64,000 bases of DNA, taken from positions 64,199-128,198 of the forward strand of contig CANLIC010000004.1 of the NCBI GenBank assembly GCA_947491025.1, given 5' to 3'. The translations under genes were made by a program, and so were the position numbers. The notes below the pieces were generated by a model. It ran no database searches. It saw nothing but the letters and a program-made list of their open reading frames with translations, and was not told the DNA's origin. Position 1 is the stretch's first letter, and each line of letters begins with the position of its first letter. This stretch comes from Myxococcales bacterium. GTDB lineage: Bacteria > Myxococcota_A > UBA9042. Below are positions 1 to 9,456 of this stretch, piece by piece.

Positions 1-3000
1 GGAGCAGACGCGCCCGCTCGAGGGCTGACGCGGCGCCCGCCTGGCGAGGATGACCACGACGAGGCCGCAGAGCAGCGCGATGGCAGACAGGCTCGGGCCG
101 CGGCGGCCCCCTGCGGCGCGACAGGCGCAGTCGGTCTGCTCGGCCTGGCCGATCGCCGCCGTCGGCTCGGCAGTCGACGGACCACAGGCGCCGCGACCGA
201 GGGCGGATTGTGCTGAGCCGGCTGCGCAGAGGACGAAGCTCAACGTCGCCTTGGCTACGTGGTCGCCGACGTCGTGCGCCCCGGCGAAGACCTGATAGGC
301 GCCCTCTGGCAAGGGCTCGCCCGCGGCATCGACGGCGAGGAACGCGAGGTCGAGGGAGGCCTCGCGACTCGCAGCCTGGACCACCGCTTCGCCCAGCAGC
401 GCCCCGCTGCCGTCGCGGATCTGCAGCCGTAGCCGGGCCAGCCGGGTCGCGTCGCGTGCCTCCATCCGCACCGCGATCGTCGTCCCCGCCACCGCCAACT
501 CCGGCGTCGCGGTCAGGGCAACGATCTCCGGCGGCCCCACGTCGACGACCTTCACGCCATCGCTGAGGGCTGCCTGCGATTCGACGCCGGCGCCGTCGTG
601 GGTGGCGTAGGCCGTGACCTCGACCCGGTACTGACCGAGCGGCTGCAGCTGCAGACCGGCGATGGTGGCAGCGGTCACCGCGCCGACGTCGGTTCGGCCC
701 GAGATCTCGCCGCCGAAGGCGTCGACCACGCGAACGCTGTAGCCCGCAGCGCCTTGGGCCGCCGCCCAGTTGGCGTGCAGCCGCTCGGTCGACTCCACCT
801 CGTCGACGTCGTCCACGTCGCTCGTCGCTGGCCCGGCGCCGGAGTTATCGCGGACCCAGGCGACCTTGGCCAGCACGTCTCGGTCTAGCGCCTCCAGCGT
901 TCCCGCGGAGGTCGGCAGCAGCAGCTCGACGTCGGCGTCGGCGTCGATGTCCGCGGCGATCGGGGCGCCGAGCCGTCCGCCGTAGTCGCGGCTCCACCGC
1001 ACGCCGCCGTCGCGGGCGTCAATGCCGAGCAGGTGGCCGTCGGCGCAACTGACGACGACGCCCGCCTCCCCGGCGTCAAAGAGGCCCTGCACGCCGACCA
1101 GGCCGACCAGCGATGTGGCCGTCAGCGTCGCTTCGGTCGGCAGCGCCGCTCCGCCGGCGTAGAAGCCGTTCCACACCGTGGCGCCCGTCGCGCCATCCAG
1201 CGCGACCAGCTGACCGGCGCCGGCGCGGGTGATGAAGCGCGGCTTGCCATCGACGTCGAGGAGCGTCGCGTTCCTGCCGGCATATTGCTTGCCCGTCAGC
1301 GACCACAGCGTCGCACCGGCCGCTGTCTCCGCGGCCACGGCGTTGAAGGCGCCGCTCCAAGCGACGTCAGCTCCGGGCAGACCGTCGAGATCAGCCACCA
1401 TTCCAGTCCCATAGGTCGCCGATTGCCCCGGAAGTGTGACTTTGGCAAGCAAGGCGCCGCCAGGGACGGTGCAGCGAAGGCGATCAAGGTAGATGGCGCC
1501 CCAAGTCACGGCTGTCTCGCCGCTGACGTCCAGGGCTGCCGTCCGGGTCAGTAGCTCGCCGCAGGGCGTGTGCTCCGGGGCGATCGCCGCGCCGTCCTTG
1601 CCGAGGATCCATCGCCCTTGCCAAGGCAGCACTGCGCCCGGGCCGGGCTGCCAGCCGACGCCGAGGTCCTCCGCACCGTCGCCGTTGACGTCGGCGATCA
1701 GCATCGAGTCGACGCCGCCGGGCCAGACCAACTTCTTGTCGGGCGCCACGACGCTCCAGCGCGTCGCCCCGTCGAGCTCCATCGCCCGCAGCGTCGCCTC
1801 GCCCGCCGGTGGGTGGTTGCGGACGACGACCTCGCGTGCGCCGTCACCGTCGACATCCGCGAGGTTCGCCTGCAGCGCGCCGCCAGGGAGGTCGACCTTG
1901 AGGGTCGCCGGCGGCGCCGTCACCGGGTCGCCGGACCGCGCGTCATAGACCCGCAGCCGACCGGGCTCGCCGACGCTGACCAGCCGGGCGCCGCCGTCAC
2001 CATCAACCCGACCATGGCCGACGCTCAGGTGCGGCGTCGACAGCGAGCGGACGACCAGGTCGGGACGGCCGTCTTCGGCGACGTCGTTGCCCGTCGCGCT
2101 GTCGAGGTCGAGCCAGTGGCAGCTGCCGTCGCGCTCGCTGACCAGGAGCCGAGGCTCGCCGTCCGGTCCCTTGCCGCTCGCGCCAAACTGCGGCCTGCCG
2201 CCAAGGCCGCGCTGTTTGCGGGCGATCACCTCGCCGCTGGCGGCGACCTCCAGCCAGCGCGAGGTCTCGGCAAAGCCGTCGCCATCGAGATCGGCCAGGG
2301 TCCACACCGCCCCCACCTGAGTCGGGCTCGTCGACCGCGCCACCCCGGCCTGGACCGGCCCAATCGTCAGCAGCGGCGAGAGGCCTTTCTCTCGTCGCCA
2401 GCGCGCGATGGTCAGTGGCTCGGGGCCCACAGTCGGCGTCGGCGGGGCCATCAGCAGCAACGCGCCGCCGACGCCCTGACCGATCCGCATCCGCGGCAGC
2501 GCCTTGCCGCCGGGGAGCGCCTTGCCGCTGTCGACATCGAGGGCGATGAGATCGCCGAGCCCGCCGATGCGCTGACCGAGCAGGACCTCGTGCAGGCCAT
2601 CGCCGTCGAGGTCATCGACCATCAGGCCGCCGATTCGGACCTCGGCTTGCGGCGTCGGCTCATAGAGCCACAGCCGTTGGAGCGTGCCGCCGCTGAGTGC
2701 GAACGCCGCGACACCGTGCCAGGAGAACAGGCCGTTGGTACTGTCCGAAACGCAGAGGGCGAGGGGCTGACGGCCGGGACGGACGACGGGACGCACCTGG
2801 GTGCAGTGGCGGCCCTCGCCGTCGATGCCTTGAGCCATCAACGTCTGATCGCGCAATCGCCACGCGAACATCCGGCCACTGCCCAAGACCTTGGTGCTGC
2901 CACAGAGCTGGTCGGCGCCGCCATCGCCGTCGAGATCGACCACGCCGCAGTTTTCGGCGAAGGGGGGCATGCCGTTGGGATCGATCTCGGGCGTGGCACC

Positions 3001-3657
3001 GAGCGTCGCGCCTGAGGCATCGAAGACCCACGTCCGGCCGTTGTGCACGACCGCAAAGCCGCCTGAGTTGCCGGCCACGATCTCGAGATCACCGTCGCCG
3101 TCGACGTCGGCCGCCTCCAGCCGCGCCAGCTCGCCAAAGCCGCCAGCCGGGGTCGAGAAGCGCGTTGCGCCGTTGGCGACGTCGATCACCCGGCCCCCGT
3201 CGAGGCAGGACACCCACAGCTCGCCCCGGCCATCGCCATCGAGGTCCGCGACCCGCCAGATCGCCTGGGCGCCGATGGCTGCGGTCCGCCAGCGCAGGAC
3301 GCCAAAGACGTCGCGTGCCACCACGGCGCCGGCTTCGATGCCGACGATCTCGTCGCCGCTGAGCAGATCGACGTCGAGCGCATAGGCGCTTGCCGGCCGG
3401 CTGTCGAGCGGGAGGCGCCAGCGCGCCACCGGCGCCTTGCCCAGGCGCGCACTGCCGAGGGATCGGTTGCGCTGGCTGGGATCGCCACGGCCTTGCCGCC
3501 ACGAGAGGCCTTGGTCGAGCGGCTGGGCGTATGCGTGCCCCGCAAGTCCGGTCGCGAAAACGAACAGGGCGGCAACCGGCGCCGCGCGTGACGCGCCGGC
3601 GGCGCGCCTAGTCAGCCAGCGGCCGACGGAGGACCGTGTCACGCAACCAGTTCTCAT
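1..3657 (-). CDS. FG-GAP/VCBS-repeat secreted protein with MYXO-CTERM-like C-terminal sorting tail (3' end runs off the left edge)
   Basis: Not in the supplied ORF track because no stop lies inside the window. The minus frame whose codons begin at coordinates divisible by 3 is the only minus frame with no listed ORF between 1 and 3657. Hand translation is open throughout. It gives a signal peptide (..AAPVAALFVFATGLAGHAYA/QP) and seven FG-GAP-type loops (ADLDGDGRGE, AADVDGDGDLE, VVDLDGDGGAD, VDDLDGDGLHE, LADLDGDGFAE, ADVDGDGARE, IADVNGDGAED). The tail is ..TDCACRAAGGRRGPSLSAIALLCGLVVVILARR (Cys motif, TM helix, Arg cluster). Start is ATG 3657 or GTG 3642; both overlap the nadB 3' end. Confidence 0.75.
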   Translation of the reverse strand, partial: MRTGCVTRSSVGRWLTRRAAGASRAAPVAALFVFATGLAGHAYAQPLDQGLSWRQGRGDPSQRNRSLGSARLGKAPVARWRLPLDSRPASAYALDVDLLSGDEIVGIEAGAVVARDVFGVLRWRTAAIGAQAIWRVADLDGDGRGELWVSCLDGGRVIDVANGATRFSTPAGGFGELARLEAADVDGDGDLEIVAGNSGGFAVVHNGRTWVFDASGATLGATPEIDPNGMPPFAENCGVVDLDGDGGADQLCGSTKVLGSGRMFAWRLRDQTLMAQGIDGEGRHCTQVRPVVRPGRQPLALCVSDSTNGLFSWHGVAAFALSGGTLQRLWLYEPTPQAEVRIGGLMVDDLDGDGLHEVLLGQRIGGLGDLIALDVDSGKALPGGKALPRMRIGQGVGGALLLMAPPTPTVGPEPLTIARWRREKGLSPLLTIGPVQAGVARSTSPTQVGAVWTLADLDGDGFAETSRWLEVAASGEVIARKQRGLGGRPQFGASGKGPDGEPRLLVSERDGSCHWLDLDSATGNDVAEDGRPDLVVRSLSTPHLSVGHGRVDGDGGARLVSVGEPGRLRVYDARSGDPVTAPPATLKVDLPGGALQANLADVDGDGAREVVVRNHPPAGEATLRAMELDGATRWSVVAPDKKLVWPGGVDSMLIADVNGDGAEDLGVGWQPGPGAVLPWQGRWILGKDGAAIAPEHTPCGELLTRTAALDVSGETAVTWGAIYLDRLRCTVPGGALLAKVTLPGQSATYGTGMVADLDGLPGADVAWSGAFNAVAAETAAGATLWSLTGKQYAGRNATLLDVDGKPRFITRAGAGQLVALDGATGATVWNGFYAGGAALPTEATLTATSLVGLVGVQGLFDAGEAGVVVSCADGHLLGIDARDGGVRWSRDYGGRLGAPIAADIDADADVELLLPTSAGTLEALDRDVLAKVAWVRDNSGAGPATSDVDDVDEVESTERLHANWAAAQGAAGYSVRVVDAFGGEISGRTDVGAVTAATIAGLQLQPLGQYRVEVTAYATHDGAGVESQAALSDGVKVVDVGPPEIVALTATPELAVAGTTIAVRMEARDATRLARLRLQIRDGSGALLGEAVVQAASREASLDLAFLAVDAAGEPLPEGAYQVFAGAHDVGDHVAKATLSFVLCAAGSAQSALGRGACGPSTAEPTAAIGQAEQTDCACRAAGGRRGPSLSAIALLCGLVVVILARRAPRQPSSGRVCS

Positions 3658-5245
3658 CGTCCGCCTCCGGGTAGTCGAGGCTGTAGTGCAAGCCGCGCGA
3701 CTCCTGACGCGCCAGCGCCGACGCCACCACCAGCCGCGATACGGTGACGAGATTGCGCAATTCGATCAGGTCCGCGTTGATGAGGAAGCGCCAATACTCC
3801 TCGCGCACCTCGCCGTAGAGCAGCTCCAGGCGCCGCTTGGCGCGCTCAAGGCGGCGATTGCTGCGAACGATGCCGACGTAATTCCACATCAGCCGCCGCA
3901 CCTCGTCCCAGGCCTGGTTGAAGAGCACCTTCTCGTCGGGCGGGCTCGCCACCCCGACATCCCAGCCGCCCGGCGTCGGCAGATCGGCCGGGCCGGCGTC
4001 GGCGAGCAGCTGCAACGCGACCGCTGCCGCCCGCCGGGCATACACCGCCGCCTCGAGCAGGGAATTCGACGCCAGTCGGTTGGCGCCGTGGATGCCGGTG
4101 CAGCTGACCTCGCCGATCGCCAACAAGCCCTGAATCTGGGTGCGGCCCTCGCTGTCGACCAGCACGCCGCCGCATTGGTAGTGCGCGGCAGGGACGACGG
4201 GGATCGGCTGGGTCCGCAAGTCGATGTCGACCTCCAAGCAGGCGCTAAAGATCGTCGGAAAGCGCTCGACCAGGAAGTCGGGCGACAGGTGCGTCATGTC
4301 GAGGAATACCGACGCGTCGCCGCGAGTCTTGAGCTCGCGGTCGATGGCGCGGGCCACGATGTCGCGGGGCGCCAGCTCGGCGAGCGGATGGGCCGCCGGC
4401 ATGAAGCGTTCGCCTGCCGCGTTGCGCAGAATGCCGCCCTCGCCACGCAGGGCCTCGCTGATCAACAAGTGCTTGCGCCGCGGATGATAAAGCGCCGTCG
4501 GGTGGAACTGGAAGAACTCCATGTTGGCGACCCGGGCACCGGCACGGTACGCCATGGCCACGCCATCGCCCGTGGCGACGTCGGGGTTGGAGGTGAACTG
4601 GTAGCAGCGGCCTGAGCCTCCCGTCGCAAGGACGACGATCGGCGCCGCGAGGGCGGAGACCTCATTGCGCGCGGTGTCCAGCGCATAGACCCCGAGCACG
4701 CGATCGTCGCGGCTGCCCGGAAGGCCAACGCCTCGGCCGCGGGCCGTGCGGGCGCGCGTGATTAGATCCACGGCGATGGTGTGCTCGCGGACTTCGATCG
4801 CGCCGGCGCGTTCGCGGACGCGGGCGACCAGCGCCGCCTCGATCGAGAGGCCGGTGGCGTCGGCGTGGTGGACGATGCGCCGGGCGCCGTGGCCGCCTTC
4901 GCGCGTCAGCTTGAGGGTGCCGTCGTCCTCGCGATCGAGCTGAACGCCTCGCTCTAGGAGCCTCGCGACCGCTTCTGGGCCTTCGCGGACCACCGACTCG
5001 ACCACGCCGCGCCGACACAGCCCCGCCCCCGCGACCAACGTGTCCTCCAGGTGGGCCTCGAACGAGTCAGTCGGCGCCAGCACCGCGGCCAGCCCGCCCT
5101 GGGCGTAACGGGTGCTGCCGTCGGCGATTGCGGCTTTGGTCAGCACCGCGACGCGGCAGCGGTCGGCCAGGTCGAGGGCAAGCGTCAGTCCCGCAATCCC
5201 ACTGCCGATCACGATCACGTCGAATGGGTCCGCCGCGCTCGACAT
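3608..5245 (-). CDS. nadB: L-aspartate oxidase
   Basis: ORF 3608..5338. Has the FAD fold DVIVIGSGIAGL plus RYAQGG, HYQCGGV and RLASNSLLE motifs typical of NadB and the fumarate-reductase flavoprotein family. Start moved to the internal ATG 5245 (MSSAADPFDV..), giving about 545 aa. Confidence 0.9.
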   Translation of the reverse strand: MSSAADPFDVIVIGSGIAGLTLALDLADRCRVAVLTKAAIADGSTRYAQGGLAAVLAPTDSFEAHLEDTLVAGAGLCRRGVVESVVREGPEAVARLLERGVQLDREDDGTLKLTREGGHGARRIVHHADATGLSIEAALVARVRERAGAIEVREHTIAVDLITRARTARGRGVGLPGSRDDRVLGVYALDTARNEVSALAAPIVVLATGGSGRCYQFTSNPDVATGDGVAMAYRAGARVANMEFFQFHPTALYHPRRKHLLISEALRGEGGILRNAAGERFMPAAHPLAELAPRDIVARAIDRELKTRGDASVFLDMTHLSPDFLVERFPTIFSACLEVDIDLRTQPIPVVPAAHYQCGGVLVDSEGRTQIQGLLAIGEVSCTGIHGANRLASNSLLEAAVYARRAAAVALQLLADAGPADLPTPGGWDVGVASPPDEKVLFNQAWDEVRRLMWNYVGIVRSNRRLERAKRRLELLYGEVREEYWRFLINADLIELRNLVTVSRLVVASALARQESRGLHYSLDYPEADDENWLRDTVLRRPLAD

Positions 5246-5323
5246 CCAGCCTCCGCCGTTGCTCCCGGCCCGCCGTCGACGCACTTCGCGCGCGGGTGGA
5301 GCCCGCGAGCCTAGCACCTGCAG

Positions 5324-8074
5324 TTGGCCGCGATCCAATCTGGACCCTCAGCTTCGCATGACCTAAGCTCCCGCGCCCTGCTGCGCATTCGCCCGCCCAG
5401 CGCCGGAGCCCTCTTGCCCAGCCCACCGCCCATCGACGACGACACGCCGCCGCAATGGGCCGACGTCTACGGCGCCGACGCGCGCGGCGTCGACGGCGAG
5501 GACCCGAATGGACACCGCGATCGCGCGCAGCGCGACGGCTCCCAAGGCGATGGCGCTGAGGGCGAGGGCAGCGCCGGCTCCGATCCTCCAGCGGAGGCTG
5601 GGGGCGCCTTCGCCGGTCCCGCCAGCGCCAACCAGCGCTACGACCTCACCTGGTCGACCCTCTTTGTGCTGCTGACCCTGCTCGGCATCGCCCCGATTTG
5701 GGTCACAGACTTGCTGCCGCTGCTCGACGCCGCCAGCCATCAGCACCTGATTCGGCTCATCCACGAGTACGACAGCAATGCGCTTTTTCAGGCCCACTAC
5801 GAACCCGTCCGCGCGATCGTGCCCTACCTGACTTACTACAAGGCCGTCGACTGGCTGATGTTTCTGGTCGATGTCGAGACCGCCAACCGCGTGGTGCTCT
5901 CGCTCTGCCTCGCTGCGCTGCCCATGGCGGCCGCCAGCCTCTTGCGGGCGCTCGGCCATAACCGGTGGCTCGTGCTCGGCATCTTCCCGTGGATGCTCAA
6001 CAGCGACTTCTTCATGGGGTTCTTCAACTACCTGCTGAGCATCCCGCTTTTTCTATGGTTGCTCGCCGCCCACGTCCGCCTGCTGCGGCGACCCGGTTGG
6101 CGCCAGGCGGTCGCCGTCGCCGGCCTGACCGTGCTGCTGGCTCTGACCCACTACCTCTTGTGGTCCATCGCACTGCTCCTGCTACCGCTGCTTGGCCTCG
6201 TCTTTGGCACCCGACGCAACGGCTGGCGCGGCGCCCTGCTGCTGGTGCGCGAGAGCCTGCTGGTGCTGCCGTCGGTGCTCGTGCTCTTGCCGTGGTTCCT
6301 CTCCTATTTCGTGCTCGCCGCCGACGCCCGAACCCCGGACCAGGCCGCCATCGCCGGAACCACGCTCGGCCAGCGCCTGGCGCGCCTCTACTCGGGGCAG
6401 CACCTCGGTCCCATCGACGATGTGCGCCAGCTTTTCGGCCGCATGTTCGACAGTTTCGCGCCCCAGACCAGCGAGCACCTGCCGGCCGTCGCCGATCTGA
6501 TCCTGCGCCGCCAGGGCGAGATGGCGAGCTTCCTCTGGCTCTGCGGGCTCGGTCTCTGGCTGATCGGTGCCGCAAAATCGGCCCCGCCGGTGACGTCCAC
6601 CGAGGGCGGCGCCAACGGCCAGGAGGTGCGCGGCGGTTCCTACATCGGTTGGGTGCTGGCGGCGATTACGGCGGCGTATTTCCTGCTTCCGCAGCATCTG
6701 GCGCGACCGATCTACCTGTACGGCGTCGACTTTCGCCTGGTCGAAGTCATTGGCATCTTGGCCGTCTTGGCACTGCCGGTCTGCCCACTCCTGCCGCCGG
6801 TGCAGGTGCGCCTCCGGGTCTGGGTGGGCACGTCGCTGATGGTCCTTGTCGCCGTGCTGATGCCTCTGCACACCGCCGGCACCTTCTTGCTGGTCCGCAC
6901 CGAGTACGGCTCGATTCGCGAGGCGTTCGGCTCGATTCCGCCCAACCGCAACGTCTTGACCCTGCGCATGAAGCGCAACAGTCGTTGGCTGCGCGAGATG
7001 ATGTTCAGCAACATCGGCGAGTACTACGCGGTTTTTCAGGGCGGCTACGTGCCCTACTCCTTCGCCGACAGCTCCTCCAAGCCGATCATCACCCGCACCG
7101 AGGCCTCGCTGCCGGCGCCGACCTGGTTCGACCACAACACGTTCTCTGTCGATGCCCATGGCAAGTACTATGAATACATCGCGATTTACCGCGACCTCGA
7201 AGAGCGACCGGGGGCCTGGGAGCGCTCGCTCGCGCACTGGCATCGCGTCTACCAGCGCGATTATTGGCAGGTCTATCGCAACCCGGAAGTCGCCGCGTGG
7301 CCGCCACCGACGCCGGCGGAGATCGCCACCTCCGAAGCGGAGGGGCTCATCCTGCAGTGGGCGATGGAGCGCATCGGGCTCGCGCCGCAGGGCACCTTGC
7401 CGGCCGAGTTGGTGCCCGTCCTCGAGCATTTGGTGGACCGGCTGCACGCTGCCGGCGTCGCCGAATGGGCCCCGCCGCGGCCCCGAGTCGAGGCCAGTCC
7501 AGGTGCCACCGAGGGCGCACGCAGCCGCCGCCGCCGACGACCGATCGACCCATCGGCCGCCGGCGATGCGGCCGTCGATCCCGGCCGCGACCCCGGCGCA
7601 CGACCGGACCCGAACGAGGCGGGCGCCGGCGAAGAGCGGGCGCGCATGGGCTACCGCCGCGGCCCGCAGCCGCCCAGCGAGGAGGGCGAGGCGATCGGAC
7701 CGGGCGGATCCCCGCCGCAGCGTCGTGAGCCGGAGCCGCCCGCCCCAGAAACGCCTCCAGGGCCCGAGCGCGGCGGCGCCGCCGATCCGGCCAGACAGGA
7801 GGGCAGCGCTGCCATGCCACCCGCCTCCGCGCTCATGCCGACCCTGCCGTCGCGGCTACCGGTGTTCCAGCGCGCCTTCGGACGCTTCCCATCGGTGGGA
7901 CCGCCGATCGAGGCTCCCAATCCCGGCGGTCGCCCGGCGAGCGGCGGCGATCTCGGCCCGCCGGAACCCGCGCTGCGACGCCCTGCAGTTCCGACCTGGT
8001 TCGATCCCTTCGCCGCCCTCGGCGCCGAAGCGCCCAGGGAGTCGCCGCCTGGCCGCGTCCCCACCGCGCGCTGA
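5324..8074 (+). CDS. large polytopic membrane protein (GT-C-like architecture) with Pro/Gly/Arg-rich tail
   Basis: 916-aa ORF. An acidic/Gly-rich N-terminus is followed by many hydrophobic helices (TLFVLLTLLGIAPIWV, LLSIPLFLWLLAAHV, GLTVLLALTHYLLWSIALLLLPLLGLVF, LLVLPSVLVLLPWFLSYFVLA, VIGILAVLALPVCPLL, VGTSLMVLVAVLMPL). A soluble domain and a low-complexity tail follow. No family motif recognised. The TTG start at 5324 is uncertain. Confidence 0.6.
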   Translation: MAAIQSGPSASHDLSSRALLRIRPPSAGALLPSPPPIDDDTPPQWADVYGADARGVDGEDPNGHRDRAQRDGSQGDGAEGEGSAGSDPPAEAGGAFAGPASANQRYDLTWSTLFVLLTLLGIAPIWVTDLLPLLDAASHQHLIRLIHEYDSNALFQAHYEPVRAIVPYLTYYKAVDWLMFLVDVETANRVVLSLCLAALPMAAASLLRALGHNRWLVLGIFPWMLNSDFFMGFFNYLLSIPLFLWLLAAHVRLLRRPGWRQAVAVAGLTVLLALTHYLLWSIALLLLPLLGLVFGTRRNGWRGALLLVRESLLVLPSVLVLLPWFLSYFVLAADARTPDQAAIAGTTLGQRLARLYSGQHLGPIDDVRQLFGRMFDSFAPQTSEHLPAVADLILRRQGEMASFLWLCGLGLWLIGAAKSAPPVTSTEGGANGQEVRGGSYIGWVLAAITAAYFLLPQHLARPIYLYGVDFRLVEVIGILAVLALPVCPLLPPVQVRLRVWVGTSLMVLVAVLMPLHTAGTFLLVRTEYGSIREAFGSIPPNRNVLTLRMKRNSRWLREMMFSNIGEYYAVFQGGYVPYSFADSSSKPIITRTEASLPAPTWFDHNTFSVDAHGKYYEYIAIYRDLEERPGAWERSLAHWHRVYQRDYWQVYRNPEVAAWPPPTPAEIATSEAEGLILQWAMERIGLAPQGTLPAELVPVLEHLVDRLHAAGVAEWAPPRPRVEASPGATEGARSRRRRRPIDPSAAGDAAVDPGRDPGARPDPNEAGAGEERARMGYRRGPQPPSEEGEAIGPGGSPPQRREPEPPAPETPPGPERGGAADPARQEGSAAMPPASALMPTLPSRLPVFQRAFGRFPSVGPPIEAPNPGGRPASGGDLGPPEPALRRPAVPTWFDPFAALGAEAPRESPPGRVPTAR

Positions 8075-8336
8075 GCCGGAGCCCTTCTCCCGCGCGACCA
8101 TCGCCGTCAGTCCGCCGACCGCGGCGCCTCAGTCACCGTCAGGCCCTGTCATTGCCAGCCCGCCGCTGCGCCTTACACTGTGCAACCGGGGCACGAATCG
8201 CGCCCTGAGGCGTGCCGCCCTGGCGCTTTTCGCGCCCGGCACAGCGCCGTCCTGGGCGCCAAGCGCGCCGGGTCGAGCGTCGCAGGCGCCCCGGCGCCCT
8301 GGGACGCGCTCTCTGGCCGCCGCAGGAGGCCCCGTC

Positions 8337-9386
8337 ATGTTCTCTGGTTCGTCGCCGACGCAGCCCTCGTTCTTCGTCGGCCGCATCCCCGTCAAGGTCT
8401 CGCCGCTGCACTTGCTGCTGATGGCATTCCTGTTTTACCAGATGCTCGCCCGCAGCGTGATGCTCGGCGTGGGCGCCATCCTCATCGCCAGCTTCTCGGT
8501 GCTCGGCCACGAACTCGGCCACGCCTGGGTCTCGCGCCACTTCGGCCTCGGTGCGGCCATCGAGTTGACGGGCCTCGGCGGGCTGACCAGCCACATGCCG
8601 GCGCGCAACAACCGAGAGCTCTTCTTGATCACGGCCGCCGGGCCGGCGATGAACTTCGCGCTGGCCGCCTTCTTCTTCGCTGCTGGCTTTGTCGCTGCCG
8701 GAATGCTGGCCGAGCTGGTCTACGTCGGCATGTGGATCAACATCGTGTGGGGCATCTACAACCTGCTACCGATCATCCCCCTCGATGGCGGCATTCTGGC
8801 CCTGGTCGTGCTGCGGCGGCTGTTCCGGCAGGGCGACCGCGCTGAGCGCATCGCGCATTGGACCGGCGTCGTCCTCGGCGGGCTCGGGGCCATGTACGGT
8901 CTCGCGACCCAATCGCTGCTGGTCGGCTTCGTGCTCGGCATGGCGGCCTTCGAGAACTGGCGGGCGCTGCAGACGATGGGGCCGGCGCCGGTGCGACACG
9001 AGCGCAAGGCCCACCCGGTCGTCCGCGATCACCTGCAGGGGGCGCGCGACGCCTATGGTCGCAGCGACTTCCACGAGGCGGCCCGCCTCTGCCACCTCGC
9101 CCGGAGCGAGCCCTTCGTCGCCCTCGACGAGATGCGCCAGATTTGGCAGATCTTGGCGCTTTGCGCCGCTCGACAGTCGCATTGGGACGAGGCAATTCGG
9201 CATGCCGAGCGGCTGCCCGACGCGCCCGAGATGGCGCAGGTGCGCGCGGTGGCGCTGCTGGCGCTCGGCGATGCCCAGCGGGCCCGCGCCTTCATCAGCC
9301 AGCCTGCCGCCCGCCACGTGTCGGAGGCGCAACTCGAATCACTGCGGCAGTTGGCGCGTCGGCCTACCGGCGAGGCGGCGCGTTGA
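8337..9386 (+). CDS. M50-family (site-2-protease-like) intramembrane zinc metalloprotease with TPR-like C-terminal tail
   Basis: This is the 3' part of ORF 7152..9386. ATG 8337 is preceded by GCAGGAGG. HExxH (VLGHELGHAW) lies in a TM helix and NLLPIIPLDGG (the LDG motif) in a later helix. The upstream 395 codons of the ORF are Arg/Pro-rich junk. Confidence 0.85.
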   Translation: MFSGSSPTQPSFFVGRIPVKVSPLHLLLMAFLFYQMLARSVMLGVGAILIASFSVLGHELGHAWVSRHFGLGAAIELTGLGGLTSHMPARNNRELFLITAAGPAMNFALAAFFFAAGFVAAGMLAELVYVGMWINIVWGIYNLLPIIPLDGGILALVVLRRLFRQGDRAERIAHWTGVVLGGLGAMYGLATQSLLVGFVLGMAAFENWRALQTMGPAPVRHERKAHPVVRDHLQGARDAYGRSDFHEAARLCHLARSEPFVALDEMRQIWQILALCAARQSHWDEAIRHAERLPDAPEMAQVRAVALLALGDAQRARAFISQPAARHVSEAQLESLRQLARRPTGEAAR

Positions 9387-9456
9387 CGCGTCGACGCTCG
9401 CGGTCGATGATCCCTGTCCCGGCGCCGCTGCGCCGCCACTCGCCGAGGAGCCACCC

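Noticed and set aside
50-3611. Many + strand ORFs (for example 1570..3015, 481 aa; 2697..3362; 3437..4615) and short minus ORFs in two frames.
   Set aside because: They have Arg/Pro/Ala-rich junk translations with no motifs. They are shadow ORFs of the FG-GAP gene and nadB, which is typical of very GC-rich DNA.
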